This document shows, one piece after another, positions 27,528 through 37,118 of a stretch of DNA of 64,000 bases; the first letter of the stretch is position 1, and each line of letters starts with the position of its first letter. The DNA comes from an uncultured Desulfobacter sp. (GTDB taxonomy: Bacteria > Desulfobacterota > Desulfobacteria > Desulfobacterales > Desulfobacteraceae). The translations under genes and the position numbers were made by a program. The notes under the pieces are model-generated. The model made no database searches. It had not been told where the DNA came from and saw only the letters and a list, made by a program, of their open reading frames with translations. The DNA lies in assembly GCA_963665095.1 (NCBI GenBank), contig OY762069.1, positions 4,512,001 to 4,576,000 of the forward strand, written 5' to 3'.

Positions 27528-30500
27528 TTATACATCGGTTAATTTATATCCTGCAAACAGGAGCAGCAGGATGCCGGCGGCAATGACCATGACCTGCCAG
27601 GCAGAGCCCGAGGAGGTCACGGATGTCTCTTTTGCCTTTTCCTCCACCATTTCAAAGCCTTCGATATTTTTTTCTTTGGTTTGGGCCTGGGAATTTTCCG
27701 GCTGCTCAATCTCCTTGATCACCTTTTCAAGGCCCTGGCGGGCCTGTTTGTGCGAAGCGATTCTCTCTTCCAGGGGTTTGCCAGCTGCCTTGGCCAGTGC
27801 TATTTTAAATGCGTCCATCTGTTTGGGGGTTAAAAGGCCTGCCAGGGAAAGATAATTGGTGACATACTGCTGGAACATGGGGTTGTTGCAGGTGTGCTCG
27901 CAGCAGGCCACCCCTTTTTCAATCACGTTCATGGCAAAGGTTCTGGCAATATTTTTCTTCATCTCCTCCGGGGCTTTCCAGTAATCTTTCCTGTCCGCTT
28001 CAAGCATACGGGCCGTGATGGACTGAAGTGCCCATGGGTTATTTTTGTTAAAAAAATCGTTGAGGTCCTCTCCGTATTTATCCTGGACATAGACATCGTG
28101 AATCTCTTCCCAGTATTTACCGTCCACGGCCCAGGGGGAGGTAACCTGGAATCCCCACAGGTTTTCCACAAATTCGTCCATGGCTTTGGCACCGGAATAG
28201 CCTTCCTGTTTCATGCCTTCAATCCATTTGGGGTTGAAGTACCGGGTCCGCAAGGCCTTGCCAATGGCCTTGGGAAGATCGTCTATGTCCACATTTTTTC
28301 CGTCCTGCATCTGTGCCACAACTGTTTCCGGAAAAGCACCGGTCTGCTGCTTGACCGCCAGAGAGAGTCCGCCCAAAAATGCAAACATATCGTCATTGTC
28401 CAGCAAGTTATATACATTGGATGACCTTGTGTGCATGGTCATTTTGACATCTTTGAGGTTGGACAGGTAGCCGCTTTTTAAAGATTTCCCCCAGATCCGG
28501 CTGCCATAGGCATAGGAGTAATGATGGATAAACACATCTGCGATCTCCTTTTCATTCTCCCAGACCCCGCTATTGGGGATCAGCTCCTGCATTGCATGGG
28601 AATAGGCCCCGGGCATGGGGGCAAACACCCTGGCCCGGCTCAGGTCCCTGGCCTCTTCCGGGGCGTAGCCATTCTCAAGCAGGGCCGCCTCAATGGTCTG
28701 ATTGTGAATTGCCACAAAATTTTCCACATCCTTCAGGTCCGATGCCATGCGGACGGCCCGGTCCATGAGCTTGATCAATTTTGCATAGCTGTCCCTGAAA
28801 AGACCGGATGACTGGACAAGTACGTCAATTCTGGGCCGGTTAAGCACCTGGCCAGGGATGGGCACGATGTCCACCACCTGATCTTTTTTATCCCATACAG
28901 GCGTTATGCCTAACAGGTGAAACACGGCAGCCACACTGGCCCCTTCATTTCTCTGGAGCTCCGTACTCCAGAGAATCAGCCCCATTTTTTCCGGATAAAC
29001 CCCATGCTTTTCCCGGTAGGTGGCGATCATCTCATCTGCCAGCTGTTTGCCCATGGACCAGGCTTCCTTTGACGGCACCTTGTCAATATTGAAGCCGTAA
29101 AAATTTTTCCCGGTGGGCACGGCATCGGGATTTCTGACAGGGTCATTGCCTTCAGCCGCTGCTATGAAGCCGCCGTTCAGGGCCTTGACAAGGGAAGCCA
29201 GCTCATTTCCCCCGCAGGCAGTGAGCCGGACTTTCATGTTTTCCAGTTTTATTTCAGGGCTGGCATCACAGATGGCATGGGCCAGGTCATCCAGGGCATC
29301 TCCGTCCGGGGAGACTCCGAAGGTGTGGAGACCGTAAGGAATCATGGTTTCCTGAAGCTCAAGTATATAGTGTTCCACCTCTTCAATGGTGTCATGGTCA
29401 AAGGTGTTAATGCCAAGATCATTATGAATGCCCAGCTTTTTTATCAGGGCTTCAACGCTGGAAAGTTTTTCTGCAGCAAGGGCGGAATCGGTCTTAAGGG
29501 CGCCATGGTAAGCATCAATCAGTGCGGTCAGTTTTCTGTATTCCATGTATTTCCCGCCTTTTTTCAGGGGGGGAATTAAATGGTCAATAATGACACCTCT
29601 GCCCCGTCTTTTGGCCTGGATGCCTTCACCCACATTGTCCACTATATAAGGATAGATATTGGGGATGTCCTGGAGCAGTATGTCGGGCGGGTCCGTGATG
29701 GACAGGCCGATCTGTTTTCCGGGCAGCCATTCATGGGTACCGTGCTTGCCCAGGCTGATGACGGCATCTGCCCGGAACTCTTTTTTCAGCCACAGGTAAA
29801 AGGCAATGTATTGATGGTGGGGGAAAAGTTTGGGGTCATGGTATAATTTTTCCGGGTCTTCCCCAAATCCCCTGGTCGGCTGGGGCATGAGTAAAAGATG
29901 TCCCATTCGGATGCAGGGAATGATGAAATTCTTATCCTTCATCATGATATCGGTGGATTCCGGTGTGCCCCACTGCTCAACCACATGGCGTTGAAAATCA
30001 GGCGGCAGCTCTTCAAACCACGCCTTATACCGGGGCAAAGAAATTTTTACAACGCTGTTATTGGCAATCAGCCTGTCCAGTTCGCCCGGTGCCCAGGAGC
30101 CCACGTTCCGGGCACCGGAAAGAATCCTTTTCTTGACCATCTCTTCGGTGAGTTTTTTGTTTTCAATGGTGTACCCCTCTTCTTTGAGCCGGGAGATGAT
30201 CGTGGCAATGGATCTGAAGCAGTTCATATAACTGCCCCCGATATTCTGCTTACCGGGTGGATGGTTCCAGTAAAGCATGGCAATCTTTTTGTCACAGTTG
30301 GATTTTATTTTCAGGTTTTGCCAGGCCTGAATCCGTTTGACCAGATAATCAATCTGGTCCGGTAAAGGCACCCTGTCGTACAGGACATCGGTCATGCCTT
30401 TAAGGCGCACCGATGTTTTGCCGCCCACCACCATGGGCTCGATGCCGCCGTTTTCCTCAGGAATGCAGACCTGCCAGGCTGTCCGAAGGGTGGAAATTCC

Positions 30501-31430
30501 CTGATCTGATTTTTTCCACTGGTCTATGGTGACCCCGTGGGCCTCCAAGGGAATGAACACCGGTGCATTGATCCGGGATAAGGTCTGTATGGTTTCCTCG
30601 GGATATCCTCTTAAAAAACGAAAGGAGAATCCGATCAGGGCATCCACCCGGGAGTTCCCCTTCTGATCCAGGAAACAGGACTCAAGGGATTTATGATAGG
30701 GTGGTTTCCCAAATGCCGGAAGGACATTGATGCCGTTTTTTTCAAGGGCTGCAATGATGCCGGCTTCCAGTTTGCCGTTTTCTTTCACGGCAGAGGACCT
30801 GAATGTGTGAATCCCCACCCAGAACCCCTTGTCCGTATAGTGGTTGGTATTTTTGTACCATTTCAGAAAGGTGTCATAATCTGTGAACAGATGGTCTGCA
30901 TCGGGATGGAAAATGCCCTTGTCCGGCAGGACAAAGGGTTTTGCATAGGGCATGCTGATCCCCTTGAACGACAACACCATGAAAATCAGATTTTTTAAAT
31001 TCGCCACTGTGGGCGGCTGGTAATAGACTTCCGTGCGTAAATCCGGAATAAATCCAATTTTTTTTAATTTATCTGCCAGGTAGCCGCAGCGCAGACTGTA
31101 GATCTGTGTATTTTTATTCTTAAGGACTGAAGAGAGAAAATCATCAGATTCCCGTTTCATGAAATCCGCCAGAATGATATCCGCGGTATTTACATCCTCC
31201 GTCCCCACCCGCTTATTCCGGATTTCCCGGTCCGTAAAAAACCTTAAACGGCACAGGCCTGCAACTTCAGGCATGGCTGACAGCTCCCTGATGGCCCTGG
31301 CCGTAACAATACTGTCCCGGGCACTGACGGTAAAAACAATGTCCAGTCTGTCCGGAGCACTGTGGACAAAGGATGGTAATAAAAGGCCTGAGACCAGCAG
31401 GCACAGCCCCAGAAGCCTAATCAATTTCAT
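27528..31430 (-). CDS. CobN/magnesium-chelatase-H family protein, copy 3 (exported, C-terminally anchored)
   Basis: GGAGG RBS before MKLIRLLG (signal peptide); PHHQY, SLGKHGTHEWLPGK, QAKRRG, PTGKNF, RPRIDV and RYFNPKWI motifs; C-terminal TM. Confidence 0.92.
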   Translation of the reverse strand: MKLIRLLGLCLLVSGLLLPSFVHSAPDRLDIVFTVSARDSIVTARAIRELSAMPEVAGLCRLRFFTDREIRNKRVGTEDVNTADIILADFMKRESDDFLSSVLKNKNTQIYSLRCGYLADKLKKIGFIPDLRTEVYYQPPTVANLKNLIFMVLSFKGISMPYAKPFVLPDKGIFHPDADHLFTDYDTFLKWYKNTNHYTDKGFWVGIHTFRSSAVKENGKLEAGIIAALEKNGINVLPAFGKPPYHKSLESCFLDQKGNSRVDALIGFSFRFLRGYPEETIQTLSRINAPVFIPLEAHGVTIDQWKKSDQGISTLRTAWQVCIPEENGGIEPMVVGGKTSVRLKGMTDVLYDRVPLPDQIDYLVKRIQAWQNLKIKSNCDKKIAMLYWNHPPGKQNIGGSYMNCFRSIATIISRLKEEGYTIENKKLTEEMVKKRILSGARNVGSWAPGELDRLIANNSVVKISLPRYKAWFEELPPDFQRHVVEQWGTPESTDIMMKDKNFIIPCIRMGHLLLMPQPTRGFGEDPEKLYHDPKLFPHHQYIAFYLWLKKEFRADAVISLGKHGTHEWLPGKQIGLSITDPPDILLQDIPNIYPYIVDNVGEGIQAKRRGRGVIIDHLIPPLKKGGKYMEYRKLTALIDAYHGALKTDSALAAEKLSSVEALIKKLGIHNDLGINTFDHDTIEEVEHYILELQETMIPYGLHTFGVSPDGDALDDLAHAICDASPEIKLENMKVRLTACGGNELASLVKALNGGFIAAAEGNDPVRNPDAVPTGKNFYGFNIDKVPSKEAWSMGKQLADEMIATYREKHGVYPEKMGLILWSTELQRNEGASVAAVFHLLGITPVWDKKDQVVDIVPIPGQVLNRPRIDVLVQSSGLFRDSYAKLIKLMDRAVRMASDLKDVENFVAIHNQTIEAALLENGYAPEEARDLSRARVFAPMPGAYSHAMQELIPNSGVWENEKEIADVFIHHYSYAYGSRIWGKSLKSGYLSNLKDVKMTMHTRSSNVYNLLDNDDMFAFLGGLSLAVKQQTGAFPETVVAQMQDGKNVDIDDLPKAIGKALRTRYFNPKWIEGMKQEGYSGAKAMDEFVENLWGFQVTSPWAVDGKYWEEIHDVYVQDKYGEDLNDFFNKNNPWALQSITARMLEADRKDYWKAPEEMKKNIARTFAMNVIEKGVACCEHTCNNPMFQQYVTNYLSLAGLLTPKQMDAFKIALAKAAGKPLEERIASHKQARQGLEKVIKEIEQPENSQAQTKEKNIEGFEMVEEKAKETSVTSSGSAWQVMVIAAGILLLLFAGYKLTDV

Positions 31431-31776
31431 CGATCTTTTCCTCCGGTATATAGACAATCCTGCCGTTTTTCAGCTGGTAGGCCGTGCCCAGCCTGAAGCC
31501 TTCATCCCCGCCGATCTTATGATTTGTCACCTTCTTGACCTTGATCTCTTCTCCTTTTTTGGTGATGATCTGCCACTGCTCCTTCACCTTTTTCATGACA
31601 GTAATTTCACTGTCCGGATTGAAAAAATCCAGCACCTGGAAAGTGGACATCAGGGTGAGCAGCAATGCCACAATAAAGACAAGGGCCACATCAAAAAGAT
31701 TGGCAACACCGTTGAGCGGTTCTTCATGCCGGGACTTCAGCAGATGGTCGGACCGGCTGTTTTTTAAATAATTCAT
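31417..31776 (-). CDS. DUF2149 family membrane protein, copy 3
   Basis: EPLNGVANLFD + TM, GFRLGTAYQLKNG.IVYIP; nearly identical to copy 2. Confidence 0.88.
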   Translation of the reverse strand: MNYLKNSRSDHLLKSRHEEPLNGVANLFDVALVFIVALLLTLMSTFQVLDFFNPDSEITVMKKVKEQWQIITKKGEEIKVKKVTNHKIGGDEGFRLGTAYQLKNGRIVYIPEEKIDEID

Positions 31777-32420
31777 GGCGCATCCGCAGGGTGTGGGCCT
31801 TTGGAAAGGCCGTTTGCCATGGCTTCGGTGATCAGGTTGATCCGGCGCATGTCTTCAAGCAACCACTGCTCTTTGACCACGGTAAAAAAATAGGCACTGA
31901 TGCCTAATGCTATGCCCACCACCGTGGTGGTAAAGGCCAGGATCAGGCTGGAGGATAACTGTGCCATGTTGCCCTGGGTCAGCCCGGCCAGGCCTGTGCC
32001 CATGGGAATCAGGGTGCCCATGAGGCCGAGGCTCGGGCCAATGCGCACCACCAGGCGGATTCTGTCCACCCCTTTTAAAAGGGCGTTCTGTTTTTTCTGG
32101 TTCAGGTCTTCCACTTTTTCCGTTTTTAAAATTCCCGGCTGTTTCAGGATGCTTTCCAGTTCCCCGGCGTAGGTCACGATATGATTCGGCAGCATGGCCC
32201 TGACCGGTTCGGGCAGGGTGCCGGCCTGACTGATATCATCCAGAAATCCCGACAGGGGCGTGTTTGAGCGTTTTTGTCTGCGTTTAATCCATTCACCTAA
32301 AAAACCGCCGGTATAGACGAACAGCCACAGGCAAAGAAGGATTAACAACGCCACAACCGGGACCAGCAGTGCGGTTGAAATCGTGTACAAAATGGTTTGG
32401 AAAACAGAGAAAATATTCAT
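31773..32420 (-). CDS. MotA/TolQ/ExbB family protein, copy 3
   Basis: GPSLGLMGTLIPMGTGL and AFTTTVVG motifs. Confidence 0.9.
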   Translation of the reverse strand: MNIFSVFQTILYTISTALLVPVVALLILLCLWLFVYTGGFLGEWIKRRQKRSNTPLSGFLDDISQAGTLPEPVRAMLPNHIVTYAGELESILKQPGILKTEKVEDLNQKKQNALLKGVDRIRLVVRIGPSLGLMGTLIPMGTGLAGLTQGNMAQLSSSLILAFTTTVVGIALGISAYFFTVVKEQWLLEDMRRINLITEAMANGLSKGPHPADAP

Positions 32421-33166
32421 TATTGTTCTGCCTTGTAAAAATAGGACCAGAAGAATCCGGCTGCACCGAGTACCAGAATTGAGGCAGCCAGTGCCCAGAA
32501 GGGTGCTGCGTCAAATTGCCCCACCGGGTTATTGGACAGAGCCATGTGATAGGCTGCCTTGATTTCAGGGTAAATCGGTGCAATGAGAATGGTCAGTACA
32601 AAATATAGTGAAATCAACACCATGGATATGCCCAGAAAGCTGTCCATGGATGTGATATAGCGTCTGAACAGGATGATCACGGCCAGGGTTAACAGAATGC
32701 ACGCCATAAAACAGGCAAACAGAACCAGGGTGGTAACGGCCGGGGACATGGGGAAAAAGGAAAACGCCAAAGACAGATTAAGCAGAATCACTGAAGCGCA
32801 TACCGGGCAGGGAAACACCAGCAAAATGCCGGGTGCAAGGGTTGCATGCGCCTGATCCTGCCTTGATCCCAGCAGAATCACGCCCCAGACAAAAAGTCCC
32901 AACGCCAGGGCAAAATGAAGCAGCATGCCGTATTGAACGGCTTTGGCCAGGCGGTCCAGGTAATTAAACAGGTTCAGGCCTGTGACCAGGGCATACATCC
33001 CCCAGAACAGCACCATATAGGCAAGCAGGCTCCCGCCTGCAAACAGCCCTTTTTTTACCCCGGGGATGGACGGATGGTTTATCCGGGCGCCCAGTCCCAC
33101 TCCGATTTTAATGCCAAAAACCAAAAATGCCGCAAGGATGCCACTCATCCATAATTGCCTGAGCAT
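32420..33166 (-). CDS. DUF2162 family membrane protein, copy 3
   Basis: FGIKIGVG and PCPVC motifs; multi-pass. Confidence 0.8.
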   Translation of the reverse strand: MLRQLWMSGILAAFLVFGIKIGVGLGARINHPSIPGVKKGLFAGGSLLAYMVLFWGMYALVTGLNLFNYLDRLAKAVQYGMLLHFALALGLFVWGVILLGSRQDQAHATLAPGILLVFPCPVCASVILLNLSLAFSFFPMSPAVTTLVLFACFMACILLTLAVIILFRRYITSMDSFLGISMVLISLYFVLTILIAPIYPEIKAAYHMALSNNPVGQFDAAPFWALAASILVLGAAGFFWSYFYKAEQ

Positions 33167-33256
33167 GACGCGCTCCAGTTTGATAAACTAAGGTTGAAAC
33201 GTGTATTTGTTTTTTACAGGCAGACCCGTTTTGGTCGCTGCCTGGCTGCAGAAGAA

Positions 33257-33286
33257 CCGCCCCGGGCCGATATGCTCCCGGGGCGG
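33257..33286 (-). terminator. GC-rich hairpin after receptor 3 (weak terminator or mRNA stabiliser)
   Basis: CCGCCCCGGG...CCCGGGGCGG 10-bp stem followed on the minus strand by TTCTTCT. Confidence 0.5.
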
Positions 33287-33301
33287 ACAATGCCCGGCCG
33301 A

Positions 33302-35395
33302 TCAGAAATGATAACTGATTCCGGCCTCTACGTATCTGCCGTTTTGAATGTAGTACGCGTTGTTGGGCTCGCCATCCGAGTTCAGCTTGCCGGATGAGTT
33401 GGATGCATATTCAAGATCTTCATCAAAAATGTTTTTACCTAACACCCAGAACTTCCATTGTTTCCAGGTATAGGAAGCCCTTGCGTCAAAGGTGGTCTTG
33501 GAAGGGTATTCAATCTGGTTCAGGTAATCCACATACCGTTTCCCAATGTAGTTCATGTCAAAGCTGATTTTAAGGTTGTCCATGGGATAGAAATCAAGGC
33601 CGGCAAGGGCACTGATCTTGGGAACCCAGTATATCTGCTTTCCTGAAATGTCTGCATTGTAGTCATGGGTGTTATCCGGATGAATGTAAGCAGAGGCCGT
33701 ACCCGAGGTCCACTCAATTTTCTGGTAGGCACCGGATAACCGGTATCCGAAATACTGGCACAGCCTGCCGTCCGCCTCAAGTTCCAGGCCCTTGGCCTCG
33801 GCATCTCCGATATTTCCCTGGCCGCAGGAGTCATCGTTTTCGTCGTAAACCGATCCGAATTTATCTTTATACTCTGAATAATAAACCGTGGCGTTGACAT
33901 TGAGCATTTTGCTGAAGAGATGCTTGTACCCCAGTTCATATGTCATCACCTCTTCGGGTTCAAGATCTTCAACCGGGTTCAGTGTACCGCCTTTTTCCAC
34001 GGCCCAGGCATAATACCGCGGCGTGGGAAACCAGTAATTTTTCCCCACGGACGCATAGACCATGGCCTTGCCATTGAAGTGATAGGACGGGGCAATGGAA
34101 TAACTGAACATATCCTTTTCTTCATCAACAATGGTGGGAACCTTGTCCTCAAAATTGACTTCGGTTCTGTCCAGGCGGATGCCGGCATCCAGCCCCCATT
34201 TTTCGTTGAAGCGCAGTTCATTGTCCCAGAAAATACCATAGGTTTTTTCCTGGAGGTCAAAATTATATGCATCTGTATTTTTAGTGGCATAGTACGGATA
34301 GGTTCGACCTACCGTATTATCGATGTCTTCGTAGTTTATACCAAACGTGGGGGTATAACTGACCGAACCAAACATAAAATTGTACCCGCCTGACATGGTC
34401 AAGGCATAGGTATCCTGCTCAGAATTTTCATAGTAAACACTTCTGGGGCTGTCATAAATGGCATACAGGCGTCTGAAGTCTTTTTCATAGGTAGTCCAGG
34501 ACAAAGAGGCATCAAAAAATTTTTTCGAATCTTTATGGGAGAACTCCAGAGCAACAGTGGTGTTCTCTTCATCTTTTTCGTTGTGCCAGAGCAGGTCTGA
34601 ATCGGTTTCACTTTTGGGGAAATGGAGACTGCGGCGGTAATTGTCCAGTTGCCACTGGTATTTTTTCAACCCCTCTGCCGTCTTATTATCGTAATCCACA
34701 TGGCTTAACCGCAGGCCGATGCGGGACTGGTCAGACAGGTTGTACCCAAGCCGTCCCAAAACGGACTTACGGTTTTCTTCCTCTTCCTCATACCCGTCTG
34801 TATGGTAATTTTCGGCATTTATCAGATAATCAAACTTATTTTTCATGCCGTTGAGTGACACATTTTCGTCATGGGTGCCCCAGGAACCATAAGAGACGGA
34901 AACATCACCGTGCACACCCTGGTCTTTGCTTTTCTTGGTGATCACGTTGATCACACCCCTGGCTGAGCCGGGGCCATAGGCAATTCCGGCGGACCGCAAC
35001 ACCTCAATCCGTTCAATCTGGCTCACCGGAATAAAATCAAACTCACTGTACCGGTAGTCCCCCATTTTCAAAGGAACCCCGTCAATCAAGATCACCGGGC
35101 CGCCGGCCATGGCACTTTTGTTTCCACGGATAACAACAGACTGGCTTTTTGAACTGCTGTCAGTCACCCCGGGAATTTTAGACAGTGCTTCAACAATGTT
35201 TTTAGCGCCCATCTCCTCAAGCTCTTTACCGGTAATGATGGAAAGGCTGGCGGGTGTGTCAACTGCCTTGGTTTTCTGGGTTGAAGTAATAACGATTTCG
35301 TCTAGTTTGTGGATTTCTTCCTGGTCATTTTCGGCAAAAACAAGTGCCGGAAAAATACATAGAAGCGATACAAAAGCTACTAAACCGGATTTCAT
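33302..35395 (-). CDS. TonB-dependent receptor, copy 3 (riboswitch-proximal)
   Basis: AGGAGG RBS; signal peptide, TonB box DEIVITS, VILIDGVP, IERIEVLR, GVINVITKK and C-terminal YHF. Confidence 0.93.
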   Translation of the reverse strand: MKSGLVAFVSLLCIFPALVFAENDQEEIHKLDEIVITSTQKTKAVDTPASLSIITGKELEEMGAKNIVEALSKIPGVTDSSSKSQSVVIRGNKSAMAGGPVILIDGVPLKMGDYRYSEFDFIPVSQIERIEVLRSAGIAYGPGSARGVINVITKKSKDQGVHGDVSVSYGSWGTHDENVSLNGMKNKFDYLINAENYHTDGYEEEEENRKSVLGRLGYNLSDQSRIGLRLSHVDYDNKTAEGLKKYQWQLDNYRRSLHFPKSETDSDLLWHNEKDEENTTVALEFSHKDSKKFFDASLSWTTYEKDFRRLYAIYDSPRSVYYENSEQDTYALTMSGGYNFMFGSVSYTPTFGINYEDIDNTVGRTYPYYATKNTDAYNFDLQEKTYGIFWDNELRFNEKWGLDAGIRLDRTEVNFEDKVPTIVDEEKDMFSYSIAPSYHFNGKAMVYASVGKNYWFPTPRYYAWAVEKGGTLNPVEDLEPEEVMTYELGYKHLFSKMLNVNATVYYSEYKDKFGSVYDENDDSCGQGNIGDAEAKGLELEADGRLCQYFGYRLSGAYQKIEWTSGTASAYIHPDNTHDYNADISGKQIYWVPKISALAGLDFYPMDNLKISFDMNYIGKRYVDYLNQIEYPSKTTFDARASYTWKQWKFWVLGKNIFDEDLEYASNSSGKLNSDGEPNNAYYIQNGRYVEAGISYHF

Positions 35396-35513
35396 TTAAT
35401 CCCTCCTTTGCAGGCCCATGAATAACACCCCGTGTATCAGGATTTTATTCAAAGATGAACCTGAGCTGCGCCGGGTCCGGAATCAGTAGATGTCTAAACA
35501 GCACTTTCAAAAT

Positions 35514-35549
35514 AAAAAACCCCAGACCCTTGGTTTGAATTGATCTGGG
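35514..35549 (-). terminator. Intrinsic terminator of the riboswitch 2 expression platform
   Basis: Minus strand CCCAGATC...GGTCTGGG followed by a T-tract. Confidence 0.65.
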
Positions 35550-35609
35550 ATTCCCTGATTTTTCCTCAGTCATGGTATACTTTCCTTTTCCACGGGAAAT
35601 ATACGCCAC

Positions 35610-35768
35610 ATTCCCAGGCAGGTGTTCTGACTATCGGATCATCCTAGTGGCTGCGCCTTCCCAACATCACGTCAGTGGCTAAGAGCAGCGGTCGTCCCCG
35701 AATACAGCGGCGGGCCCGTCCCTGACTTTCACAGGGTTCCCTTTTAAGCATGTGAGCACCTGAAAACT
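35610..35768 (-). ncRNA. Cobalamin (B12) riboswitch 2
   Basis: Minus strand TTCAGGTGC...TAAAAGGGAACCCTGTGAAAGTCAGGGACGGGCCCGCCGCTGTA...GCCACTG...GGGAAGGC...AGTCAGAACACCTGCCTGGG. Confidence 0.94.
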
Positions 35769-35771
35769 GGT

Positions 35772-35803
35772 TAGGTTATTTTCCATAATTCGGCAAATGT
35801 CAA
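35772..35803 (-). promoter_or_regulatory. Sigma-70 promoter upstream of riboswitch 2
   Basis: Minus strand TTGACA (35803-35798), 17 nt, AATAACCTA. Confidence 0.6.
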
Positions 35804-35911
35804 GATTTATCGACGGCAGCGCTGAGCAGGATAAATATATTTCTACCATCAGTCTAATAATTTTAACCTCTTCCCCCTAAATCATTTCACCACGAAGCAT
35901 CGGGTGGCAAT

Positions 35912-35943
35912 TTGACTCCCTGCCACACAGGATTTGCTATAAT
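35912..35943 (+). promoter_or_regulatory. Candidate extended -10 promoter for the TonB operon
   Basis: TGCTATAAT at 35935-35943 with TTGACT upstream; a second TTGACA lies near 35996. Confidence 0.4.
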
Positions 35944-36287
35944 ATAACAATCAATAAGCAGCCAAACTTTTAATGGGCATTACTTTGAATTCATCTTGAC
36001 ATTCTTTTTTTGCTCTTGTACCACAGGGATGATTCAGTGGCCTGCCCTGTGATCATGGCAGAAAATCATCAGTAGGATTTTTTTGCGATATCGCAAAGTC
36101 TGCTGAATTAAATTACCTGAAATCATTCAGAACCGTGTATGAAAAACACCGATACTAGGCTGCAATGAAGGCAGCAAATTCGAAAAAGATTACTGGTTCA
36201 GATTTTCACCGGATTTTCACCGGACGTAACCCCGATCACCAATAAAATCTCAGGTTCGGGCGTCCAATGCTGATGAAAGGGAAGATA

Positions 36288-37118
36288 ATGGAAACGGAAA
36301 CAAACAAGATCGTCCGGCGCTTGAAGCGTGCCGGAACCGGTCTTGCTGCAGCTTTGCTGATCTGCGTGCAGATATTGATATGGGATGCCTCCCTGGGCCA
36401 TGCCCGGACATCGGTGACAAAGGATATTGAAGCGCCTGTAGACAAGGCGGTTGATACCCGCCAGGCCACCCAGGAAGCCAGAGAAAAATGGGATACCGAA
36501 CGTCAGAAACTGGCAGAGGAATATGACCGGCTCAAGGATGAAAATGGGCAGCTTGTCTTTACCAACAAAAATCTAACCGGAAAGGCCGTATCCCTTGAAA
36601 AGGAAAATGCCGGCCTGACAGCTGAAAAAGAAGAGGCCTTGAGGATCAGAACCGAACTCTCTCCGTTTCTAAAAGAGACGGTGGCCCGTCTGTCCACTCT
36701 GGTTGCCTCTGACGCCCCGTTTCTGAGAGAAGAACGTAACGCCAGACTCTTGCGTCTTGATGCCATTCTGAACGATGATGATATCACCGTGGCTGAAAAA
36801 TACAGGAAAGTAATGGAAGCTCTGCTTGTGGAAGCAGAGTACGGCAACACGGTTGAGGTATATCGGGAAAAAATCAATATGGACGGATCTGAGGTGCTTG
36901 GCGATATCTTTCGCATGGGCCGGGTCTCACTGTTTTTTCTGACCCTGGACCGGGAAAGCGCCGGGATCTTTGATGTTGCCAAAAACCAGTGGCGTCCCCT
37001 GGACAAAATTCAGGTGCCGGCCATTGAGGCGGTTGTGGAGATGGCCGCAAAACACAGACCCATGGAAGTGGTTCCCCTGCCCATTGGCGGCCTGGCCCGG
37101 GAAGGGGGGCAGCAATGA
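36288..37118 (+). CDS. DUF3450 family periplasmic coiled-coil protein (TtpB-like)
   Basis: Signal peptide, coiled coil, DAPFLREER..RL, AEKYRKVMEAL.VEAEYG and FRMGRVSL motifs; first gene of the TonB cluster. Confidence 0.85.
   Translation: METETNKIVRRLKRAGTGLAAALLICVQILIWDASLGHARTSVTKDIEAPVDKAVDTRQATQEAREKWDTERQKLAEEYDRLKDENGQLVFTNKNLTGKAVSLEKENAGLTAEKEEALRIRTELSPFLKETVARLSTLVASDAPFLREERNARLLRLDAILNDDDITVAEKYRKVMEALLVEAEYGNTVEVYREKINMDGSEVLGDIFRMGRVSLFFLTLDRESAGIFDVAKNQWRPLDKIQVPAIEAVVEMAAKHRPMEVVPLPIGGLAREGGQQ

Noticed and set aside
7971..31430. CobN copies as evidence of the aerobic de novo B12 pathway
   Set aside because: All three have export signals and TM anchors, no cobS/cobT is nearby, and the anaerobic chelatase CbiK is present.
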